Origin: Salaquimonas sp.
GTDB lineage: Bacteria > Pseudomonadota > Alphaproteobacteria > Rhizobiales > Rhizobiaceae
Length of the DNA stretch: 64,000 nucleotides
Reading direction: 5' to 3'
Assembly: GCA_028289365.1 (NCBI GenBank)
Contig: JANQQM010000038.1
Location: forward strand, 51,115 to 115,114
Positions 33,503 through 43,510 of the stretch are shown here, in pieces. Within the stretch, counting starts at the first letter, position 1. Each line of letters begins with the position of its first letter. The position numbers and the translations under genes are program-made. The notes under the pieces were generated by a model. The model searched no databases. It saw nothing but the letters and a program-made list of their open reading frames with translations, and had not been told where the DNA came from.

Positions 33503-34516
33503 GTGATGGGTGATATGGGAACCGTGCTGGTTACGGGTGGCGCCGGCTATATTGGCAGCCATACCTGCAAGGCGCTTTCGGCAGCCGGATACACCCCAGT
33601 TACCTATGACAACCTGATCTTTGGCCATTCAGAAGCAGCGCAATGGGGACCGCTCGAGATTGGCGATATTGCCGATCGCCAGCGATTAGACGAAGTAATT
33701 TCGCAACACCAACCAACTGCGATTTTGCACTTTGCCGCTTTTGCCTATGTCGGCGAATCCGTTGCAGATCCCGGCAAATATTATCGCAATAATGTTGCCG
33801 GGTCTCTCAACCTGCTCGAGGCGGCCCGAGATAACCAGATCAATAGGTTCGTCTTTTCCTCTACTTGTGCAACCTATGGCATTCCACAGACCTTGCCGAT
33901 CACCGAAGATGAGCCTCAAAAGCCGATAAACCCCTATGGCCATTCCAAGCTGATGGTTGAACAGATGCTCGCAGATTTTGGTACCGCGCATGACATTGGC
34001 TGGATCGCCTTGCGGTATTTCAATGCCGCTGGTGCGGATCCCGACAATCAGATCGGCGAAGATCATGATCCGGAGACCCATCTGATCCCGCTGGTTCTCG
34101 ATGCCGCATCCGGACGCAGGGATTCCATTACCGTATTCGGATCAGATTACGATACCCCAGACGGCACCTGTATTCGCGATTACATCCATGTCAGCGACCT
34201 GGCCGAGGCGCATGTGCTGGCCCTACAACATCTCGAAGCTGGTTCGGAATCCGGTGCCTATAATCTTGGCAATGGGACAGGATATTCTGTCCGCGATGTC
34301 ATTTCCGTCGCCGAAAAGGTGACCGGATTGAAGGTACCTGTGATCGAAGGTGGACGACGGCCCGGCGATCCAGCACGCCTTATTAGCGACGCATCGCAGG
34401 CGCATGACATGCTCGGCTGGCAGCCAAAAATTTGTGATCTGGAAGAGATCGTCGGTACCGCATGGGCATGGCATCAGCGCCAATCTGCCACCAATAAAGA
34501 AAGTGCTATCGTCTGA
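33503..34516 (+). CDS. galE: UDP-glucose 4-epimerase
   Basis: It has [26 protein letters not shown] and [11 protein letters not shown] (YxxxK). The start may be GTG 33503, ATG 33506 or ATG 33515. Confidence 0.85.
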   Translation: MMGDMGTVLVTGGAGYIGSHTCKALSAAGYTPVTYDNLIFGHSEAAQWGPLEIGDIADRQRLDEVISQHQPTAILHFAAFAYVGESVADPGKYYRNNVAGSLNLLEAARDNQINRFVFSSTCATYGIPQTLPITEDEPQKPINPYGHSKLMVEQMLADFGTAHDIGWIALRYFNAAGADPDNQIGEDHDPETHLIPLVLDAASGRRDSITVFGSDYDTPDGTCIRDYIHVSDLAEAHVLALQHLEAGSESGAYNLGNGTGYSVRDVISVAEKVTGLKVPVIEGGRRPGDPARLISDASQAHDMLGWQPKICDLEEIVGTAWAWHQRQSATNKESAIV

Positions 34517-35619
34517 TGACCAGGAAAACTGCACTCATAACCGGGATAACCGGGCAGGATGGGGCCTATCTGGCAGAATTGCTGTTGGGCAAAGGGTATG
34601 AAGTGCACGGGATCAAGCGCCGATCCTCCTCGTTCAACACGGCAAGAATTGACCATCTGTATCAGGATCCGCATGAAGAAGATGTGCGACTAAACCTCCA
34701 CTATGGTGACATGACGGATGCGACAAATCTGATCCGTATTGTCCAGGACGTTCAGCCGGATGAAATCTATAATCTGGCCGCACAAAGCCATGTGCAGGTA
34801 AGTTTTGAAACGGCGGAATATACGGCCAACGCAGATGCGATCGGGCCGCTGCGCATTCTTGAGGCTATCCGATTATTGAGGCTTGGCGAAAAGACCAGGT
34901 TTTATCAGGCATCTACCTCGGAGCTTTATGGAAAAGTGCAGGAGATTCCACAGCGCGAGACGACGCCGTTTTATCCACGATCCCCTTATGGCGCGGCAAA
35001 ACTCTACGCCTACTGGATTACCGTAAACTATCGCGAAGCCTATGGTCTGCATGCCTCAAACGGTATTTTGTTCAACCACGAAAGTCCGATACGCGGGGAG
35101 ACATTCGTAACCCGCAAGATCACGCGCGCGGTTGCTGCCATTTCGCTTGGTCTGCAGGAAAACCTCTATCTGGGCAATCTCGATGCCGAGCGCGATTGGG
35201 GTCATGCGCGGGATTATGTCGAAGGCATGTGGCAGATCATGCAGCAGGATGAGCCCGATGATTATGTGCTCGCCACCGGTCGCAAGGTTTCTGTCAGACA
35301 ATTTGTCGAGCAGGCATTTTCCGAGGTCAATATTTCCATTCAGTGGCAAGGCGAAGGTGTCGACGAGATCGGTGTCGATGCTGATGGTGGCAAGACCCTG
35401 GTCGCCATTGACCCGCGATATTTCCGGCCGACTGAAGTCGAACTGCTGATTGGTGATCCCACCAAGGCAAAAGAGAAGCTGGGCTGGCAGGCGAAGACCA
35501 GTTTTGAAGACATGGTAGCCGATATGGTGCGGTCCGATATTGCACTGGTCGCCCGCGAGGCCGAACATCGCGGACTGGATGAAGACCATCTTGGCCATCG
35601 GAAAATAGTGGCAAAATAG
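34516..35619 (+). CDS. gmd: GDP-mannose 4,6-dehydratase
   Basis: 367 aa. It has [65 protein letters not shown] and [16 protein letters not shown]. Confidence 0.95.
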   Translation: MTRKTALITGITGQDGAYLAELLLGKGYEVHGIKRRSSSFNTARIDHLYQDPHEEDVRLNLHYGDMTDATNLIRIVQDVQPDEIYNLAAQSHVQVSFETAEYTANADAIGPLRILEAIRLLRLGEKTRFYQASTSELYGKVQEIPQRETTPFYPRSPYGAAKLYAYWITVNYREAYGLHASNGILFNHESPIRGETFVTRKITRAVAAISLGLQENLYLGNLDAERDWGHARDYVEGMWQIMQQDEPDDYVLATGRKVSVRQFVEQAFSEVNISIQWQGEGVDEIGVDADGGKTLVAIDPRYFRPTEVELLIGDPTKAKEKLGWQAKTSFEDMVADMVRSDIALVAREAEHRGLDEDHLGHRKIVAK

Positions 35620-35634
35620 TATCCCGGCAGGCAG

Positions 35635-36402
35635 ATGAAAATTTCGGTTATCACCGTTTGCTACAACGCTCAGGCGACCATTGGATATGCACTGGAGAGC
35701 TTTCTGGATCAGCGCCATGCGGACAAGGAATTGCTGGTAATTGACGGTGCCTCGACCGACGGGACGCCAGATATTGTCAAATCCTTCAAATCCGACCAGA
35801 TCAAAGTGCTAAGCGAGCCGGACAAGGGCATGTATGACGCCTTGAACAAGGGATTGGCACTTTATACCGGTGACGCCGTTGGCGTGCTCCATTCTGACGA
35901 TACCTATCATGACAAGGATGCTCTGAGCCGGATTGCGCAAGCGCTGGAGAGCGCCGATATTGTACACGGGCACCTGAATTTCGTGGATGATCACGCCCGG
36001 AAACGTGTTGTCCGCCATTGGCGCGGGCAAGAACGCCCGGCAAACGGTTTCAGGACCGGCTGGATGCCGGCGCACACCACCTTGCATGTGCGGCGCCATG
36101 TGGCCGAGACGGTGGGGCCATTCGATCTCAGCCTCCGAACAGCATCCGACTATGACTGGATGATCCGCGCGATTGACGTGCATGGCTTTGAAACCAGGAT
36201 GATAGACCACATCCTGGTGGATATGGCCGAGGGAGGGAAAAGCACTTCCGGCATTAGCGCCCATATTCACCACAATCTCGAAGCGCTGAAAGCGCGCCGG
36301 CGCTGGCTCGGCACCGGCGTTATTGATTTTGCGCTGTTTGCCAAGCCGGCAAGAAAGATCGGTCAGTTTTTTCGGCCTGGCCAGCGATCGCAACTCGCAT
36401 GA
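35635..36402 (+). CDS. Glycosyltransferase family 2
   Basis: MKISVITVCYNAQATIGYALESFLDQRHADKELLVIDGASTDGT and a DDT (DxD-like) motif. It is inserted between gmd and fcl. Confidence 0.85.
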   Translation: MKISVITVCYNAQATIGYALESFLDQRHADKELLVIDGASTDGTPDIVKSFKSDQIKVLSEPDKGMYDALNKGLALYTGDAVGVLHSDDTYHDKDALSRIAQALESADIVHGHLNFVDDHARKRVVRHWRGQERPANGFRTGWMPAHTTLHVRRHVAETVGPFDLSLRTASDYDWMIRAIDVHGFETRMIDHILVDMAEGGKSTSGISAHIHHNLEALKARRRWLGTGVIDFALFAKPARKIGQFFRPGQRSQLA

Positions 36403-37355
36403 CCGCAGCTGAAATCTTTTCGCTTAAGGGCAAGCGTGTCTGGGTCGCAGGGCATCGCGGCATGGTTGGTTCGGCGATTGTTCGCAGGCTCGCTACAGAG
36501 GATTGCGAAATCCTGACCGCAAGCCGCGAGACTGTCGATCTCAGCCGTCAGGCAGAAGTAGAAGACTGGGTTGAAGCGAACAGGCCGCAAGTGGTTTTTC
36601 TGGCGGCAGCGAAAGTCGGGGGCATCCAGGCCAATGCCACCTACCCTGCCGAGTTTCTCTATGACAATCTGATGATCGAGGCGAATGTCATCCATGCCAG
36701 CCAAACTAATGGTGTCGAGAAATTGCTGTTTCTAGGTTCGACCTGCATCTACCCGAAAATGGCAGCCCAGCCCATGCGCGAAGAGGCATTGCTGACCGGC
36801 CCGCTGGAAGAAACCAATGAGTGGTATGCGATCGCGAAAATAGCCGGAATCAAGCTTTGCCAGGCCTATCGCAAACAATATGGCAGTGATTTCATTGCCG
36901 CCCAGCCGACCAATCTCTACGGGCCGGGTGACAATTATGATCTTGAGACCAGCCATGTTTTGCCGGCGCTGTTGAGAAAGGCGCATGAGGCAAAAATGGC
37001 AAAGGCAGCTGCAATGGATGTCTGGGGCACCGGCACGCCGAAGCGCGAACTGCTGCATGTCGATGATCTGGCCGATGCGGCGGTGTTTCTGATGAAACAC
37101 TATTCCGGTGAGATGCACATCAATATCGGGTCCGGGGAGGAAATCGCGATTGGCGATCTTGCCGAACTGGTTTGCAAGGTTGTCGGATATGCGGGCGAAC
37201 TGAATTTTGATACCACCAAGCCCGACGGCACCCCACGCAAGCTCGCTGATGCTTCCCGCCTGAAACAGCTGGGATGGCATGGTGCGAGACCGCTGGAGAC
37301 CGGAATTGGCGAGACCTATGCCGATTGGCTGGGGAGCGACCGATATGCCGGTTAA
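36399..37355 (+). CDS. fcl: GDP-L-fucose synthase (GDP-4-keto-6-deoxymannose 3,5-epimerase/4-reductase)
   Basis: ATGA overlap with the upstream GT2 gene. It has VWVAGHRGMVGSAIVRRL, FLGSTCIYP, WYAIAKIAGIKL and PTNLYGPGDNY. Confidence 0.9.
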   Translation: MTAAEIFSLKGKRVWVAGHRGMVGSAIVRRLATEDCEILTASRETVDLSRQAEVEDWVEANRPQVVFLAAAKVGGIQANATYPAEFLYDNLMIEANVIHASQTNGVEKLLFLGSTCIYPKMAAQPMREEALLTGPLEETNEWYAIAKIAGIKLCQAYRKQYGSDFIAAQPTNLYGPGDNYDLETSHVLPALLRKAHEAKMAKAAAMDVWGTGTPKRELLHVDDLADAAVFLMKHYSGEMHINIGSGEEIAIGDLAELVCKVVGYAGELNFDTTKPDGTPRKLADASRLKQLGWHGARPLETGIGETYADWLGSDRYAG

Positions 37356-37401
37356 GTTGGTGTTGCGCCTGGAAAGCAAACAAACCAGCTGGGTATGATG
37401 C

Positions 37402-38304
37402 GTGGCGCCACCTATCCTCTTTCTTGTCTTCAACAGACCCGAGCCGACTGCCAAAGTCTTTGCAGAAATCCGGCAAGCCCGGCCGGAACGCCTTTACGTT
37501 GCGGCCGACGGGCCGCGCGACGGTGTTGCAGGCGACAAGGATAAATGTGCCCAGGTTCGAAAGATCGCCACGGAAGTTGACTGGCCATGCGAAGTCGAAA
37601 CCCTGTTTCAGGCAGAAAACCTGGGTTGCCTGAGGGGTGTGAGTGCCGGGATTGACTGGTTTTTTTCAAAGGAAGAATGCGGGATCATCCTGGAAGATGA
37701 TGTTGTTCCCACGCCGGCATTTTTCCCGTTTTGCGACACCATGCTGTTGCGCTATCGAGATGACAGGCAGGTATATACAGTTTCCGGTTTTAATCTGCTT
37801 CCGCGCAGGTTTGGCCGCAAAGGCTACTTCAAATCTCGATATTTTAAGCCCTGGGGATGGGCTGGCTGGGCGGATCGTTGGCAGGAAATGGATATAGGAT
37901 TGCCAGACTTTGAGCGTGATCACGCCGCGGCCATCAGTGCGGGGCATCTCAAATGGTGGGAGAAGAAGCATTGGAGAAACAAGGTTTCGGGAGCTTTAAA
38001 AAAGCAACACACCTGGGACTATCAGTGGCAATTTTTCATTCTTTCCAAGGGCGGGCGGACGATCCGGCCAACCGCAAACATGATTACCAATGTTGGATTT
38101 GGTCCGGATGCGACCCACGCAACCAGACCCAGCCGATATATTAATCGACTGAAACCAACAAATGCGCGGACAAACTGGACTGATCGTGAGGTCAGGCCGG
38201 GCTTTTTTGAGGATTTTCGGCTTTTCGTTTACGGCTATGGCGGCGGCCCGATCAATTTTATCAAACGAAGTTTTTTCAACAAGAAGACGCGGGTTTTCGG
38301 GTGA
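37402..38304 (+). CDS. GT-A-fold nucleotide-diphospho-sugar transferase (HlpA-like family)
   Basis: GTG start. It has PILFLVFNRPEPTAKVFAEIRQARPERLYVAADGPR and ILEDDVVP (DxD). Confidence 0.6.
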   Translation: MAPPILFLVFNRPEPTAKVFAEIRQARPERLYVAADGPRDGVAGDKDKCAQVRKIATEVDWPCEVETLFQAENLGCLRGVSAGIDWFFSKEECGIILEDDVVPTPAFFPFCDTMLLRYRDDRQVYTVSGFNLLPRRFGRKGYFKSRYFKPWGWAGWADRWQEMDIGLPDFERDHAAAISAGHLKWWEKKHWRNKVSGALKKQHTWDYQWQFFILSKGGRTIRPTANMITNVGFGPDATHATRPSRYINRLKPTNARTNWTDREVRPGFFEDFRLFVYGYGGGPINFIKRSFFNKKTRVFG

Positions 38305-38379
38305 AGTGGTGCTCATTGATAAAATCAGCCGGTTCTTTGTTTCATGTTGTTTGAATTTTTTACATGAACAATTGAATCA

Positions 38380-39219
38380 ATGGGTGTCAAAATAAACCTG
38401 AAAGGTGGATTGGGTAATCAACTGTTTCAATATTCAGCAGCGCGCGCCTTATCACTTGAAAACAATACCAGCACAATTATTGATCCCTTCTTTTATAAAA
38501 AACCGAATGTAAAAGGTAATAGGCATTTTGAGCTGGAGCATTTTCCGATAAACGCGAAAATATTGAAGTATTATGATGTTTTGCAAGGACGGGATAAGTT
38601 CTTAATTGATAAATATTACAGTTATGTTCATGACAAGTACAAACCTCGTCGATTTATTTACGATGACAATTTCTGGAATCTCAGCCGAAATGTAACACTG
38701 TCGGGGTATTTCCAGTCAGTTCATTACTTTTATCGCCAGTATGATTGTTTCAGAAAAGAGATTGACCTTACGGAAATGGTTCTGGCTGACACTTCAAATG
38801 AGCAGCGAGAAAAGTTTTCGAAAGCCATTGGCATCCATGTCAGAAGAGGCGATTTTCTCAATGATGAAAAATACAGGATGGCCAATCCAACAAGATACTA
38901 TCGGGATGCAATTGATTGCATCAGGGTAGAAAGCTCTCTCGATAACTTGATTGTTTTTTCGGATGACATTGATTGGTGCAAGGCGCAGCGTGAATTCAAG
39001 GGTGCAGAATTTCGGGCCGCCAATCTGGAGCGTCCGCATATCGACCTGTTTTCCCTGGCGGGTTGTGGTGCGGTAATTGCTGCCAACAGCACGTTTTCCT
39101 GGTGGGCGGCCTGGTTTGCCGCTGCTCGCGGAAAATGCGTGGTTGTTCCAAACAATTGGCGAAAAGGCATTGAAATAAAGGATGTCGGCCTATTACCCGA
39201 GGGATGGTTTTCGAGATGA
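38380..39219 (+). CDS. Alpha-1,2-fucosyltransferase (glycosyltransferase family 11)
   Basis: GT11 motifs are present: KGGLGNQLFQYSAARAL, IGIHVRRGDF and STFSWWAAWF. The gene is markedly A+T-rich. Confidence 0.85.
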   Translation: MGVKINLKGGLGNQLFQYSAARALSLENNTSTIIDPFFYKKPNVKGNRHFELEHFPINAKILKYYDVLQGRDKFLIDKYYSYVHDKYKPRRFIYDDNFWNLSRNVTLSGYFQSVHYFYRQYDCFRKEIDLTEMVLADTSNEQREKFSKAIGIHVRRGDFLNDEKYRMANPTRYYRDAIDCIRVESSLDNLIVFSDDIDWCKAQREFKGAEFRAANLERPHIDLFSLAGCGAVIAANSTFSWWAAWFAAARGKCVVVPNNWRKGIEIKDVGLLPEGWFSR

Positions 39220-39226
39220 AGGTACC

Positions 39227-39325
39227 GTGGGGTTTGGGGATTGATGATCGGTGGATTTGGGGGTTTGGGCGGTTCGGCGCTGATGATCGGCGTTATCGGG
39301 GGTTTGGGTGGTTTGGACGCCTAAA
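39227..39325. repeat. Degenerate G-rich tandem repeat (about 2.5 units of 30-39 bp)
   Basis: There are three copies of GGGG(G)TTTGGG (starting at 39229, 39259 and 39298) and two copies of TGATGATCGG (39242 and 39281). It lies directly after the GT11 stop. Confidence 0.7.
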
Positions 39326-39705
39326 TTATAGATATTGAAAATACAAAAGACAGATGATTGAATTCAAGAAATACAAATGGGCTCACCCAAAGCCAATTGA
39401 TCCATGTTGCTAGTATGGGTTTAGACCAGACACGGAACTTTATCTTTAATCATCTTGTAATAAGGGAACATGCAAATTCGATGCTGGCGCATATTTGCTA
39501 AGTAGCAGTTTCAAAGCTGAATATAGGACAATCGATAGAATAAAATCTCTTCTGGAAATTAAATTTTTGAAATCGCTATTTGAAACGTAAATAAAATTTA
39601 AAAATTCTTGGAAATTTCAATAGTTAATAATTAAAAATTATTCCGATCTGAAATTTGAACGGTTCATTGTGTTGTCAAAGACTAAACGAGAACTCTAAGA
39701 AACTG

Positions 39706-41541
39706 ATGTGTGGCATCAACGGCATCTTTGCCTACCATTATGCGGCAAATCCGGTAGATCGTTCCGAGCTTTTGCGTACTCGCGACCACATGGCTGCACG
39801 TGGACCAGATGGAAAGGGTGAGTGGATTGCAAATGACGGCCGTGTCGGCTTCGGTCATAGGCGCCTTGCAATAATTGACCTCACCGATGGCGGCGCCCAG
39901 CCGATGGCCAGCGACGATGGTTCACTAATCATTACCTTCAACGGCGAAATCTACAATTACCGAGAACTTCGCCAAGATCTCGAGGCCGAGGGTCATGTCT
40001 TTCGAAGCAACTCTGATACCGAGGTCCTTCTGCATCTTTATGCTGTAAAAGGCGAGGCAATGGTCCACGAATTGCGCGGTATGTTCGCCTTCGCGATCTG
40101 GAATAACAAGCGTGGCGAAGTGTTTCTGGCGCGAGATCCTTACGGCATCAAGCCCCTCTATTATGCCGATGATGGCTGGACGCTGCGCTTTGCATCCTCC
40201 GTCAAGGCTTTGATGGCAGGCGGCCGTATATCGACCGATCCCGAACCGGCCGGTTGGGTTGGCTTCTACTTATTCGGCAGCGTACCGGAGCCCTTTACCA
40301 CCTATCGAGAAGTGCGCGCGCTTCCCGCCGGCGCAACACTCCTCGTAGATGCACAGGGCCCGCAAATGCCGCACCGCTATTTCTCGATTGCCGCGATCTG
40401 CGCGCAGTCGGACGGTGAGTTGGCGACTTCTTACAAAGTACACAACGCGCAGAAACAAACGCGCGCTGCACTCATAGACAGCGTGCGCGCTCACCTGGTA
40501 GCGGATGTCCCGGTTGGCGCATTCCTGTCTGCAGGTATCGATTCAGGTGCGCTAGTTGGCTTGATGCGCGACGTAGGGCAAGAAGATGTCACTACAGTAA
40601 CGTTAGCGTTTGATGAGTTTGAGGGTCAGCATGATGATGAAGCGCCAATAGCTGCAGAGGTTGCCCACCATTTTGGCACACGCCATCATCGACGACTGGT
40701 GACAGAACGCGAGTTTCAAGACGATCTGCCGCTAATTCTGGAAGCAATGGACCAGCCCAGTATTGACGGCCTTAACTCCTGGTTTGTAAGCAAAGCGGCA
40801 CGGGAGCTGGGTCTGAAGGTCGCGATTTCCGGACTCGGCGGCGATGAATTGTTCGGTGGCTACCCCTCCTTTAGCGATATCCCCCGTTGGCACCGTCTGC
40901 TAGCGGTTCCTTCGCGCATGCCGTTCCTGGGCGAGGCCGCACGTTGGGCAATAACGGCGGGGCGTACCTTTTGGCCCGGGTTGAACCCCAAGAGCGCGGG
41001 CCTCATTAAATATGGTGGCAGCTTTGCAGGAGGATATCTCTTGCGGCGCGGTTTGTTTATGCCTTGGGAGTTGGAAATGGTCATGGACCCCGCCATGGCA
41101 CGCGATGGTCTACAACGACTAGAGCCGCTTCACCATATCCGACAGGCTTTGGACCCAATGCCGCAGTCGAGTTTTGCAAAGGTAGCGACACTCGAGGCCT
41201 CGCTTTATATGCGAAACCAATTACTCCGTGACACCGACTGGGCCAGCATGGCCCATTCGCTGGAAGTCCGAGTACCACTCGTCGACAGTCATCTTCTGGT
41301 GACCCTAAATGCTGCCCGTCGCGCCGCAGGCGGCCTTGACGGCAAGACTATTCTGGCCATGAGCCCCGCAAAATCCTTGCCGGACACGGTGATACATCGC
41401 CTCAAGACAGGATTCACGACGCCGATCGCGACCTGGTTGCAACGGGATAAACGGGCAGAACGCTGGAAGAAAAGGTCGTCCCTAACATCGTCCTATTGCC
41501 CATGGGCCCGACGCTGGGCTTATAGTGTAGGGGCAGCGTGA
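39706..41541 (+). CDS. asnB: Asparagine synthase (glutamine-hydrolysing) family amidotransferase
   Basis: The start was set at ATG 39706 so that Cys2 is the Ntn nucleophile (MCGINGIF). It has GHRRLAIIDL, the FNGEIYNY GATase region, and the synthetase PP-loop-like LSAGIDSG. Confidence 0.85.
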   Translation: MCGINGIFAYHYAANPVDRSELLRTRDHMAARGPDGKGEWIANDGRVGFGHRRLAIIDLTDGGAQPMASDDGSLIITFNGEIYNYRELRQDLEAEGHVFRSNSDTEVLLHLYAVKGEAMVHELRGMFAFAIWNNKRGEVFLARDPYGIKPLYYADDGWTLRFASSVKALMAGGRISTDPEPAGWVGFYLFGSVPEPFTTYREVRALPAGATLLVDAQGPQMPHRYFSIAAICAQSDGELATSYKVHNAQKQTRAALIDSVRAHLVADVPVGAFLSAGIDSGALVGLMRDVGQEDVTTVTLAFDEFEGQHDDEAPIAAEVAHHFGTRHHRRLVTEREFQDDLPLILEAMDQPSIDGLNSWFVSKAARELGLKVAISGLGGDELFGGYPSFSDIPRWHRLLAVPSRMPFLGEAARWAITAGRTFWPGLNPKSAGLIKYGGSFAGGYLLRRGLFMPWELEMVMDPAMARDGLQRLEPLHHIRQALDPMPQSSFAKVATLEASLYMRNQLLRDTDWASMAHSLEVRVPLVDSHLLVTLNAARRAAGGLDGKTILAMSPAKSLPDTVIHRLKTGFTTPIATWLQRDKRAERWKKRSSLTSSYCPWARRWAYSVGAA

Positions 41542-42635
41542 CGATGAACGGAACCGATATACATGTTTCTGCGTTGGTAACCGACGCGTTCGGTGGCTTC
41601 GGCGGTATTGCGCAATACAACCGTGATTTTCTTACCGCCCTGGCGCAGACCAATTGCGTTGAACGGATTACTGTGTTGCCTCGCCTAGGCGATATACCGA
41701 TCGAAACGCTGCCGACAAAGCTTCGCCAACACCCTGCCGCAGGAAACAAGTTGGCCTACGCTCTCAATGCGTTCGCCGCACTTGGGCCGATCGGGCGTGT
41801 AGACACGATCTTCTGTGGCCACATTCACATGATGCCAATCGCCGCGCCTCTCGCCCGATTGTCTGGCGCTTCGCTCTGGCTGCAGATCCACGGGATAGAG
41901 GCCTGGGAACGGCCGTCGCGCCTATTGCAATGGTCTGTTCGCCAAGCCAATCTGGTCACAGCCGTCAGCCGCCACACCCGCCGGCGTTTCCTATCATGGG
42001 CCGGAATTGCCCCAGAAAAGGTCAAAGTCCTTCCTAACACGATCCATGAAAAGTTTAGCTCCGGCCCGAAATCAGCCAATCTGCTCGATCGCTACGACCT
42101 TCATGGAAGCAAAGTACTGCTGACGGTCTCTCGCCTCGCTGCGTCCGAGCGTTACAAGGGGCACGACCGGGTAATCGAAGCCCTGCCACTCGTGCTCGCT
42201 GTTTGTCCGCAAATGCGCTATCTGATTGCGGGCGATGGTGACGACCGACCGCGGCTTGAAGAACTTACTAAACGTCACGGAGTGACCGACAAGGTTGTCT
42301 TTGCTGGTCATGTGCCCGAGGACGAGCTAGTAGATCATTTTCGACTCGCCGATGTGTTCGTCATGCCGAGCCTGGGCGAAGGTTTTGGGATTGTTTTCCT
42401 GCAGGCAGCCGCCTGCGGTCTGAATGTTATTGCAGGTAATCTTGACGGAAGCGTGGATGCTTTGGCCGATGGGCGCCTGGGGCGACTCATTGACCCGCTC
42501 GATGAAGACGCCCTTGCCGAGGCAATCATAATTGCGCTAAGCGAAAAAAATCTGCAATCGGCAGAAGTTGTTGATCGATTTAGTCCCGGCCGATTTGGGC
42601 TTGAGGTTAAAGGTCTTCTCCGGCATGTCGTCTGA
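41538..42635 (+). CDS. Glycosyltransferase family 4 (GT-B)
   Basis: It has ADVFVMPSLGEGFGIVFLQAAACGLNVIAGNLDGSVDAL (E-x7-E region). GTG 41538 overlaps the asnB stop; ATG 41544 is an alternative start. Confidence 0.85.
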   Translation: MTMNGTDIHVSALVTDAFGGFGGIAQYNRDFLTALAQTNCVERITVLPRLGDIPIETLPTKLRQHPAAGNKLAYALNAFAALGPIGRVDTIFCGHIHMMPIAAPLARLSGASLWLQIHGIEAWERPSRLLQWSVRQANLVTAVSRHTRRRFLSWAGIAPEKVKVLPNTIHEKFSSGPKSANLLDRYDLHGSKVLLTVSRLAASERYKGHDRVIEALPLVLAVCPQMRYLIAGDGDDRPRLEELTKRHGVTDKVVFAGHVPEDELVDHFRLADVFVMPSLGEGFGIVFLQAAACGLNVIAGNLDGSVDALADGRLGRLIDPLDEDALAEAIIIALSEKNLQSAEVVDRFSPGRFGLEVKGLLRHVV

Positions 42636-43506
42636 AAATGCGATGAAATCGCAACCTACATCCGAATCTAACGGCACTACCGCGCAGCGACTTATTATCC
42701 TGGAGCCAGGCCGCTCAGAGCGCAATTATTGGCACGATCTCTGGCACTATCGCGAGCTTTTCTTGATCCTCGCCTGGCGCGACGTGTCCGTACGCTACAA
42801 GCAAACGGTAATCGGGTTTGCTTGGGCCATCATTCGACCTTTCCTGACGATGGTGGTATTCACGGTCATATTTGGCAATATCGCCAAGCTACCCTCGGAC
42901 GGGGACGTGCCTTATCCGATCCTCGTATTTGCTGGCATGCTCCCCTGGTTCTTGTTTTCCGGGGTTTTGTCGGATTCGTCAAACAGCCTCGTAGGAAACG
43001 CCAACCTGATTTCCAAAGTTTATTTCCCGCGGCTCGTGATCCCGACCTCCACCGCAGTAGTTGCCTTGGTCGATTTTCTGATCAGTTTCTCGATGCTAGC
43101 GCTTCTAATGGTTTGGTTCGGCTTCCTTCCGAACTGGCAGATTATCTTCCTGCCTTTGTTCATTGTACTGGCTATTCTTGCCAGCATCGGCCCTGCGCTC
43201 TGGATCGCCGCGCTGAACGTCAAATACCGAGATTTTCGTTATATCATACCCTTTATTGTTCAGTTTGGTCTCTATGTCTCGCCTGTGGGGTTCTCGAGCG
43301 CCGTCGTACCGGAGAAGTGGCGGCTGTTCTACAGCCTCAATCCGGTGGTCGGCGTCATTGATGGATTCCGCTGGTGCCTGCTCGGCGGTCAGAGCCCGAT
43401 TTACTGGCCGGGCTTTCTCCTGAGCCTTGTCGTGGTAGCCTTCTTCCTCTGGTTCGGTGTCCGCTATTTCCGCAAAACAGAGCGCACCTTCGCGGACATG
43501 GTGTAG
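42625..43506 (+). CDS. wzm: ABC-2-type polysaccharide/O-antigen export permease
   Basis: ATG 42625 overlaps the GT4 stop. It has YRELFLILAWRDVSVRYKQTVIGFAWAIIRPFL and six TM segments typical of Wzm. Confidence 0.85.
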   Translation: MSSENAMKSQPTSESNGTTAQRLIILEPGRSERNYWHDLWHYRELFLILAWRDVSVRYKQTVIGFAWAIIRPFLTMVVFTVIFGNIAKLPSDGDVPYPILVFAGMLPWFLFSGVLSDSSNSLVGNANLISKVYFPRLVIPTSTAVVALVDFLISFSMLALLMVWFGFLPNWQIIFLPLFIVLAILASIGPALWIAALNVKYRDFRYIIPFIVQFGLYVSPVGFSSAVVPEKWRLFYSLNPVVGVIDGFRWCLLGGQSPIYWPGFLLSLVVVAFFLWFGVRYFRKTERTFADMV

Positions 43507-43510
43507 TCAG

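Noticed and set aside
39227-39325. A CRISPR array or telomere-like repeat
   Set aside because: The units are degenerate, short and contiguous without unique spacers. No cas genes are present. It is classified as a simple G-rich tandem repeat.
39706-41541. An AsnB homologue that might be the missing lasso-peptide cyclase for the kinase/PqqD/NTase genes
   Set aside because: It keeps the glutaminase Cys2 (MCG), which lasso cyclases generally lack. It lies 9 kb away in a different operon coupled to GT4-wzm-wzt. No transglutaminase-like leader protease is present anywhere in the window.
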